Shown in pieces: positions 55,383-64,000 of a DNA stretch of 64,000 nucleotides (position 1 is the stretch's first letter; each line of letters begins with the position of its first letter). The notes under the pieces are model-generated. The model was not told the DNA's origin. It worked only from the letters and a program-made list of their open reading frames with translations, and did no database searches. The stretch lies in the NCBI GenBank assembly GCA_012295275.1, contig CM022679.1:25668001-25732000 (forward strand), read 5' to 3'. This stretch comes from Chrysomallon squamiferum. Lineage: Eukaryota; Animalia; Mollusca. Position numbers and translations under genes: made by a program.

Positions 55383-55909
55383 TTTCTTATCTAATAACTT
55401 ATTTATTTTCAATATTATTTTGTTATTATTATATTAATGTAATAAAACAACAACAAACAAAATAAAAGTGAAGTGGTTCTTATTGAATCTCATTTTCAGC
55501 AGATAGATAGATAGATATGTTTGTATGTTTTTAAGGTTATGAAGTAGAAAGATGGGTATTCTGAAAGCAGTTTTATAGAAAAAAAGATCCATAAGTGTAC
55601 TATACATATTTCAGTTAAACAAGACTTTAAAAACTATTTATATTTTGTCCTATGTTCGCTAAATCAGAACGAAAAAGATTATATACTGCTCCAAGTTATT
55701 TCTTTAGTGTTTAACAAATAACCTGTCGTTATTCAAGAATTACTAATTATGTTTTTTATATTAATTATTCTACCTGTGGTCTATTTATTGTTATATTATA
55801 CAACATCAGTAATGTTTTTGATCCTTGAATGCGTTTTGATCTTTTGGATAGTTACTAATTTACTTGGCAAAACTAAATTTGTTATTTCTTCTATACCTTT
55901 TTTCTCTTC

Positions 55910-55943
<34 letters not shown>

Positions 55944-57725
55944 GTTATTATTCAGTGCTACCAACTATTCACTGTGTAGCAACATATTCACATTTACCCG
56001 CGAATGTTATTTGACAATGCCAGGTTGACTATCCTATACACATGCGCATTCAAGTATACGGTATCACGTTCGTATGTCGTTTAGTGAGAAATGATTTAAC
56101 GAAATATTACTGGACAGCATTTAAATTGTTGCTGTCTGTATTGAGGTAAATGCCGTAAATACAGCACCATATTGGTAAATTATTAATTCATGAGTCATGT
56201 GTACCAGTCAGGGTGGCCAACTCTTGATAAAATTATTTAAGAACATACAACAGAACATATTCAAGGAACAGTTAATCAAATGTTCAGACTTAAGAAAATA
56301 TTTATTTTGAAAAATTATAAATACGGTAAATAAATAAATAATAAATTATGTTTAAGGAAAACAGTAAATAATAGTACAAAGATGAAATATAATGCGAGAT
56401 CTCTCAACTAAATTATGTTCACATTTTTCGATGTATTGGAGACCGACAACATTATCATGTGTCGGGAGAAATTGTCTGAATTGACAAATTAAAGTGTTTC
56501 ATATTACTTTTTAACTTTTTCATGAAATTGCTACAGAACAACAAATCGTAGAAAAGTATTCAGTAAAACGCTTGTCGAGACATACACTACAGGATTACCT
56601 GAAACTGTCTAAACTACTTAGGTTTGGCAGATGACCCTGTTTCATACGACTGATGAAGCTTGTCGTCCCAGAAACACCAAGCGCTCGATGTAGCTGTCAA
56701 ACGCCAACTTAACTTCATAATGTACACAGACAAACTCAAAGACAACATGTCAAAACTAAAAAATAATATTTATTTATAAAACATGCGTTTAAACTATTAA
56801 AGTGTCATTCAGTATCAAGTGTTTATCATCATAGTTTTCACTTTTCATTATGTTGTTATATTTTCATCAAATAGTTTCTTTCACTAGTTTAGAAAGTGTT
56901 CTTGTATTTTATTTATCAGACATAAACTATATTATATAAGGTTAAAAGTCAAAATAACTTGGTTATGATAAAAACAATCTTATTTTGATGCATTCAGTTT
57001 TAATTTTTTTGAAACGCCGGGCAAAAGATAAATAGGCCATGTAAATATGAATATGATGTCTGTTCTTTTGAAAAAGAACTTTCAAGACTGATTCAGGTTT
57101 TCCTTTTTAAAGACATTTATTTACTTAATTTTGTATATTACGATATTTCATACAAGGTTGTGCATTTACCTGTTATATACTTAAAATGATCCGCTAAAAT
57201 TGTCTACTGTTTCTCATTTGTTAATAATAATGATCATTAAACGAAATAAATTAGAAAAAAAGATAAAAAAGTGCTATTAAAACATCAACATATCTGTAAT
57301 ACCTTCAGATGCATAACAGATCCATAATGAAATTTTTTTGTATTAGAATCATAAATCACTGTGGAAGTATATTTTTATTTACTATTAGCTTACATTACTG
57401 AGATATGCTGAATATTTGATTTATCATGAATTCTTATATTTTTCAATTTTTTGTTTCATTAGTCTTTTACAATGATAATGTATTTTTAAAATTTCATATA
57501 TAAAATTGTTTATGTTCTTGGTGACATATCATTATTATTATTATTTGGAAATATAGAAACGTTTCTATCAGAAATTGCATGTTAATTCTTTGTATTTTCA
57601 GCTGCAAACCACATGTGATCTCTTATTGATTCCCTGATATAAGTGATTTCAAAATAAAAACTTTGGTGCGTGTAGTAACTCATAATCTGAACAGACTCAT
57701 TAACTAAATAAAACAAAAACATTAA

Positions 57726-57726
<1 letters not shown>

Positions 57727-57784
<58 letters not shown>
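57727..57784. repeat. (AAT)n microsatellite
   Basis: Pure AAT run. Confidence 0.95.
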
Positions 57785-57788
<4 letters not shown>

Positions 57789-58291
57789 TAAGATTATCTT
57801 TGGATTTAGTCTTTATATGTATAAAACAAAAACTGTGAAATGTATATTGTTTTCGTGTTTAGACTTGGATGACACTCTAAGTCTATCATCTAATAATCTG
57901 AAAACAAAAATTGTTATCTTTGTACTGCTGCACACGTTAACTGTAAGACGATCTTCCGATACTTCACGTGTGGTGAGTGTTACATGACTTACTTGTGCAG
58001 ATTCACAGGTTTGTCACAAAATATAAATCTTGCTATAGTCTTAAAAGATCACCTTATTGTTTTTGTCTCCTTCGTACCTCGGAGCAATTGTCAGATGATT
58101 CAGCACAATTTTTATTGTTTTATTTTTCCCAGAGAAATACCTATACAAACAGCTATTATTCATGTAAAAGAGATTCCTGGGGTCTATTACTTGTTCAGAA
58201 CAAAGTATATGTGACACATAATAATTATATAATGTTAAGTGCTTTATCAAAACATGTAAATCTTGCTGTAGTTATTAATTATTTAATACCT

Positions 58292-58330
<39 letters not shown>

Positions 58331-58446
58331 TTCCATTTCATTTCATAATATTTTTTTAAATTTATTTTATGGGTTGTTTATATTTTATTTTATTTTATCT
58401 TATTAAGATTTTTTAATGTGTCTGTATGTGTATCTTCGTTTGTTTC

Positions 58447-58454
58447 TGTTGTGT

Positions 58455-58504
<50 letters not shown>

Positions 58505-58523
58505 TTAGTTTAAAAACTAATAA
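58447..58523 (-). repeat. 77-bp inverted repeat, right arm (partner 55306-55382)
   Basis: TGTTGTGTCTAT(GA)21GGAGTTAGTTTAAAAACTAATAA. Confidence 0.92.
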
Positions 58524-59217
58524 TCAGAAACATTAACACAGCATTTACAGACTACAAAAAAATAAATGTGCATGTGTGTGTACGTATGTATATATAAAAC
58601 ATTTTTTATATAAGAAAATGTCTTATCCAGGTGCTCTTTCTAGCAATCTGAACACTGATTAACTTTTGATAAATTTACCAACTGAAAAGAAAAAGATAAC
58701 AAAATTATTAGAAAACAAACTTCGAATTTATGTATTAACAAATTCTTGATTGCATGGTTTGAATTATTAGTGTTGGTATTATAACAACCATTTATTGAGC
58801 CTAAAACATAAAAAACATTAATATGTAGAGATCAAAGATTTTGATTGTACGATTATGCATATAATGCTGTCCGTTCCATTTCAGCTCACAAATTGATGTT
58901 CATTCGTTAAATCAGAAAGAAACAAACCAACCATAATATTAGATGTAGACACGTATGTTCGTAGTGGCAAGATATGACGATTAGACAAATTTCTATTGTT
59001 TTTGACACTGAATACATCTAAATTGTATATTGTTTAAAATTACTTCTTTCTTTTTTTAATTTTGTTTTATTTTATTTCATTTATTTTATTTTAATTTATT
59101 ATTATTATTAGTTTTTATTTCATTTTTTCTTTATTACTTTTCTCTGGAGCTGGAAACGATTTCCTAAAGTTTCTGTCAATAGAGTACGCATGTACCTCTT
59201 CACATTCTTTTATTCTA

Positions 59218-59243
59218 TTCTTCTTCTTCTTCTTCTTCTTCTT

Positions 59244-59273
<30 letters not shown>
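59218..59273. repeat. (TTC)n microsatellite
   Basis: Pure TTC run; source of the poly-Lys ORF 59115..59321. Confidence 0.95.
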
Positions 59274-59274
<1 letters not shown>

Positions 59275-60449
59275 TTCTTATTATTATTAGTGAATGCTAC
59301 CAACTGTTCACGGTATAACAACAGATCAGATACACCCTGGAGTGTTATTTCATTTTGTTTATTTCATACCTCAGAATTCTAGGTTAAGTGTCCTCGTTTA
59401 GTGAGAAATGATGTAACGAAATATCGCTGTTATATGACTGTATTTATGCTTTCTGCTTCAAACTAAGTACAGTAAATACACTACTCACGTTGAAATATTA
59501 TTAATTCCACGAATCATGCACAACTATCACGAAGGTCAATATAGCTCATCGCCCCCAAATTGTTTTTACTGAATGCTACCAACTATTCACTGTGTGACAA
59601 CAGATTACATTTTGTTTATTTCATATCTCACTATACTAAGTTAACTGTCCAATAAGATTTTTGCTTTGGGTATCAACATAAGTACAGCAAATACTGTCAA
59701 TGAAATATTATTAATTCCACGAATCATGTACAGCAATCCGGAAGGTCAACTCAGATGCTCCCCCACAAAAAGAAAAATATTATTTACAGACAAGCAAAAT
59801 AAATATATTATAAACTTTTTGATATTATTTTTTGAAAAAGAACACAAAAACCCCGAAAAAAAACAAAAACCCACAACAAACAAACAAAGAACTAAGCTAT
59901 AATACAAAGATAAAATTTAATGTGAAAATGTTCTATCTACTAAATTATGTTCTATGAATAGCAGGCTGATAACATGGTCATGAGAAGGAAAAATCGGTTG
60001 GTTTCACAAACGAATGTTAAACAGTTTCATATTACTTTATATTTTATATTTTTAATTTTAATTTTTATACTTTTTTCATACCTCAAAACATCTGTTGAAA
60101 ACAAATCGTAGCAAATTATTCAGTAAAACGTTTGTCGTAGACATCAAATGCAGGATTACTTGTCTAAATCACCCTGTTTCATACGAATTATGATCATGTA
60201 ATAGAATAGCGAATATTTTTCTCTTTTTCGTATCTCCGAATCGTTGGTTACTGTTGTCAGGATCAATTAACAAAACAAAGCTTTTCACTACAGTTGCTAT
60301 CGTTTATTTCAAGGAGAAATACCAATGTAAAGACCTCTTACACATATAGTATAAATTTAACACAATAGATTTAGTTTATATAGGTTAAATGCTTTATCAA
60401 AATATAAATACTTTGCAATACCGCTTAAACATAATAGTAATTATTATTA

Positions 60450-60499
<50 letters not shown>

Positions 60500-61655
60500 T
60501 GAATATTAAAAATTAATTTAAATCTGTTGTTGTTCAGTTTGTTTTCTTTTCATTCTTGTTTAGCAGATTTTAAAAAGTAGCTTTACAGACGACGATCCTT
60601 TATATTACATGCAGAAAATAATACAGAATAATACTAAATATTCGGATTCATGTTTGTCTCTCTCGTTTGTTTTTCCTTCTGAGATGTCCTTACGACAAGT
60701 CTGTGCTTTAACGACTTAAAATGGTCATTGCGACCTGATATTTATGTACATTAAGTGGTTTAATAAAATATATAAATCATGCAACAGCCTTAAAAGGTCA
60801 CCTTGTTGTGTTTGTCTCTTTCATACCTCGGCGTACTTGTCAGAAGTGACTCATAAGCACAGATTCCCGGAGAAATACGCATACAAAGAGCTGTTATTGA
60901 TGTAAAACAGTGGTAGTGATTCCCGGGAACAACGTATATGCGACACATAATCTCTATATGACAAAATGTGTAAATCTTGTTTAATTGTTTATTTATTTAT
61001 TGTTGTTGTAGTTGTTGATGCTGTGGTTCTTCTTATTATTGGTTTTTTGTTGTTGTTATTATTATCAACTTCAACATCATCATCATCATCTTTATTATTA
61101 TTATTATTAAGGGATTTTTAAAAATTATTTTTAAGTTTACTGTTATTCCGTTTGTTTACTTTTCATTCTTATTTAGTAGATTTCAATAAGGTAGTTAACA
61201 GAATATCCTTCATATTACATGTAGAAAATAATACAGAATAATTTATTTATTTATTTATATAATGTTATATATTGTTACTGCTGTGGTTGTGGTTGTTGTT
61301 GTTGTTGTTGATATCTTCCTATATCATGTTTCTTGAGGTCGAAAATGTGTTTTAAAATACCGTGGAAGAAAAAAATAATCATATAGCAAAATAATTTCTT
61401 CCTAAAATTCTTCCAAACTGTATTAATTGTATTTTATTATTTGTAATTTATTTTTGTGAAGCTCCTATGCATAACAACTTATTAATTTTTATTAAAGAAC
61501 ATAGAACTGAAACTCAAGAAGAATTATTAAAATGTTTACTCTAAAAATGAAGATATTGCTGAAAAGATTCCTATCAGTTGCTGTTAATAAATTTTATTTT
61601 ATTTTTGAAGTCAGTTATGGTATTAAATTTTAGATTTTTTATCATAAACATTAAT

Positions 61656-62013
61656 GTTAACCAATGAAACCAGAAATGCATGCCTTTGTAATGGCGTATA
61701 TGTTAATTATGCCGATCTTCCGATAGTTTACGAGCGTACACAACTTTATATTATGCACAAAATTAGAAAAAATATTGGATTGAGGAATCAGTCACTGCGG
61801 TTAAATTAAATTTAATCATTACATAGCAGAAAACTTAAGCTTAATTGATAACAAGATATAATTTAATCAATAATGTATTCTCCGTTGTTATTTACCATTT
61901 CTTCCCAAAGGTCCACAAGTTTATCGATGCCTCTGCAATAAAATTTGAATCAATTATGAACCGCAATGACTTATTTCTTAACCCAATATTATATAAAAAT
62001 GTCTGCAGTCTAT
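61656..62013 (-). pseudogene. Decayed paralogous terminal exon of the four-domain gene
   Basis: Acceptor at 62014-15, then frameshifted fragments RNKSLRFII (cf. KRLALQII/RHRSLEIEV), FNRSD (cf. FYRSE), QYF (cf. KYF), EDR (cf. ENQR) and an end SGFIG* (cf. SCGCLG*). Adjacent 61500-61580 resembles the gene's 3' flank at 50720-50790. Confidence 0.5.
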
Positions 62014-62432
62014 CTGTAAATGGAAAATGTCAGAGATTCAGCTGAACTTCTTCAGCACCCAGCATAATCATTTGTTTCACTAAATATATATAAACAATAT
62101 TAAGGCTTCAGAGGTTTACTTCTCTTGTTTAGAATTAAAATACTAAAACGGGACTGGCACCCGGGCTATCTTAAGGAACCAGGACAGTAATGGTATGTCT
62201 GTATTGGTTACGTGTTTGTGATGTTATTAGTGTGGCTGAGTGAAATATAGTTCAAAAGAAAAGAGAGAATGTCTGGAAAGAGAGAATTCTGTACATTAAT
62301 TTTAGCACCGTCTATAATATTATGCTATCATCATTAGTTAAAAAATGCAATCGAGATCGAATTTGTGTAGTTTTTGTGTCAAGATACTTTAAAAATCTTT
62401 AAGCATCTGGCTTCATATATATGTACACATAC

Positions 62433-62482
<50 letters not shown>

Positions 62483-62549
62483 CCAGATGCTTAAATATAT
62501 TGATTTTGCATTTACGCTTGTATCATATTATAAGGCTAGGTCCTTATAT

Positions 62550-62612
62550 TCAGAAATCTAAAATGCTTCAGCTCGAAGTATTTCGGATAATGGAAGAGCC
62601 TATTCAACCTGT
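62550..62612. mobile_element. Tigger/pogo-like transposon end fragment (second copy)
   Basis: GAAATCTAAAATGCTTC...TTTCGGATAATGG...TATTCAACCTGT; homologous to 50115-50177 and likewise just before a promoter-module copy. Confidence 0.45.
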
Positions 62613-64000
62613 CTTAATATTGTTAATAAAAATAGTTTTTCTTTAAAGATTTAGCTGTAGTTGTAATACATTATGATGTAATAAAATAGCGGAAACGTTT
62701 TTCTCTTTTTCATATCTCCAAGTCGCTGGCTACTGTTGTTAGGAGTTGCTTATAAACAAATCTTTTCAGTATAATTGCTATTATTTGTTTCCCGGAGAAA
62801 TATGTATACAAAGACCTTTTACACATTTACTATGAATTGAACACAAGTAGTGTTCGGTTCTCGGGAACTGCTACCTTTTTAACCAAAAAATATATTCGAC
62901 AACGAATATATTATATATAACATGAAACATTCTGCAAAATTTTGCAAACCCTTCAAACGTAATAGTAATTATGTTAGTTGTATTCCTATTATTAAGGGTT
63001 TTATTATTTTTTTTATTTTTAAGTTAGTTGTTATTCCGTTGTATTCTTCATTCTTATTTAGCAGATTTTAATTAGTCAGCTTAACAGAATATCCTTTTTA
63101 TCATGTATATTAAAATAATATAAAAATAATGCCAAAAATGCGGATTTACGTTTGTCAGTCTCATTGTTGTTTCTTTCTTCTTTTCTTTTTTTCTGTTACT
63201 GTTATCGTTGTGTTTTGTTTTCGCCTGAGAAGTGCTAACAGAAAGTCTGTGCTGTAACTATTCTAAGTGATCATTGTTACCTGATTTATTTATGTAGGCC
63301 AATTGATTTATCAAAATATATAAATATTGCAGTAGTCTTCAAAGGTCACCTTATTATTTTTGTCTCATTCTTACCTAGGAGTTGTCAGGGGCGACTAATA
63401 AACAAAACGGTTCAGCACAACTTTTATTATTTCCCGAAGAAATATGGTAAACTAGTATAATATAGCAATTTAACTGCTACTTGTTCAGAACGACGTATAT
63501 GATATTAACAACAACAACAACAACAACAACAAAATTTGGTGTTGGTATTATTGAAAATATCTGTCATTTAATATTATTTAGAAACATAAGCCTAACACAT
63601 AAAATACATTAATATCTATAGCTCTCAAATTTGGATTTTTTGATTATGGACTCAATACTGTCCGTTCAATTTCAGCTCACGAATTGTTGTTTATTCGTTA
63701 AATCAGAAAGGAGCAACTGCACCATAATATTACATGTATTATACACGCATGTACGTAGTGGCAAGATATGATGACTAGATAAACTTCTATTGTTTCGGAC
63801 ACTGAATTTACTTCGGTAAATACATGTAAATTATACATAGTTAAACGTTATTTCTTTTTTGCTTATTTAGATCTTAAAAGAACATTTTGAAAACAGTTTT
63901 CATATTAAACATAATAAATAAATTGTCATTAATCATTCTACTACGATCTATTTATTAATACACAATATACAACTGTAGTAATGCTTTTGATCGTTGAATG

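Larger units (their letters stand above)
47870..63850 (+). repeat. Mosaic of local direct duplications: promoter module at about 50270, 54860, 58040, 60220, 60790, 62690, 63340; block II at 47870-48300, 58660-59040, 63530-63850; block III at 49360-49600, 57570-57830; block IV at 55955-56650, 59290-60190
   Basis: Shared tracts include ATTCGTTAAATCAGAAAG..ACCATAATATTA.ATGTA..CGTAGTGGCAAGATATG (x3), GCAAACCACA..CTCTTATTGATTC.CTGA.A.AAGTGA.TTCAAAATAA (x2), TTTAGTGAGAAATGAT.TAACGAAATAT and CAAATCGTAG.AAA.TATTCAGTAAAACG (x2 each), and AAAG.TCACCTT.TT.T.TTTGTCTC.TTC.TACCT (x3). Confidence 0.85.

Noticed and set aside
56209-56640. CAGGGTGGCCAAC ... GACCCTG as a hAT element
   Set aside because: The right terminus matches poorly and there is no target-site duplication.
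56645-56705. CTGATGA...GAAAC hammerhead-like motif
   Set aside because: Stem II (GCTTG/CAAGC) is not followed by GAAA, and stems I and III could not be built. Similar CTGATGA hits near 38764, 39805 and 47532 also fail.

Overview
Eukaryotic, very AT-rich, intron-rich animal DNA; the intronic repeats look molluscan or gastropod, but that is an inference. Exons were hand-assembled from splice sites and phase. (1) The 5'-truncated 3' part of a large uncharacterized coiled-coil/disordered protein gene (+, 503-13487), with a probable alternative last exon at 17806-18010. (2) A complete 21-exon DDX46/Prp5 DEAD-box helicase (-, 23015-38996). (3) A complete GAR1 (+, 40084-42422), head-to-head with DDX46 and carrying a U12-type minor intron. 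(4) A candidate 55-aa MGCGGSK-led Gly/Lys/His-rich microprotein whose last exon may be dual-coding (+, 44584-46109). (5) The most unusual feature: a 5-exon gene (-, 50834-54735, ~622 aa) encoding an N-terminal helical segment plus four tandem, one-exon-each beta-sandwich domains resembling the actinoporin/aegerolysin superfamily. Its promoter has paired STAT-like TTC-N4-GAA sites, and that promoter module recurs about seven times across a mosaic of duplicated blocks (47-64 kb) that also holds a decayed paralogous exon. Also present are minisatellites (several overlapping splice sites), a hAT MITE with a perfect 8-bp TSD, Tigger-like ends and microsatellites. Family calls other than DDX46 and GAR1 come from motifs recognised by eye and need database or structure confirmation.
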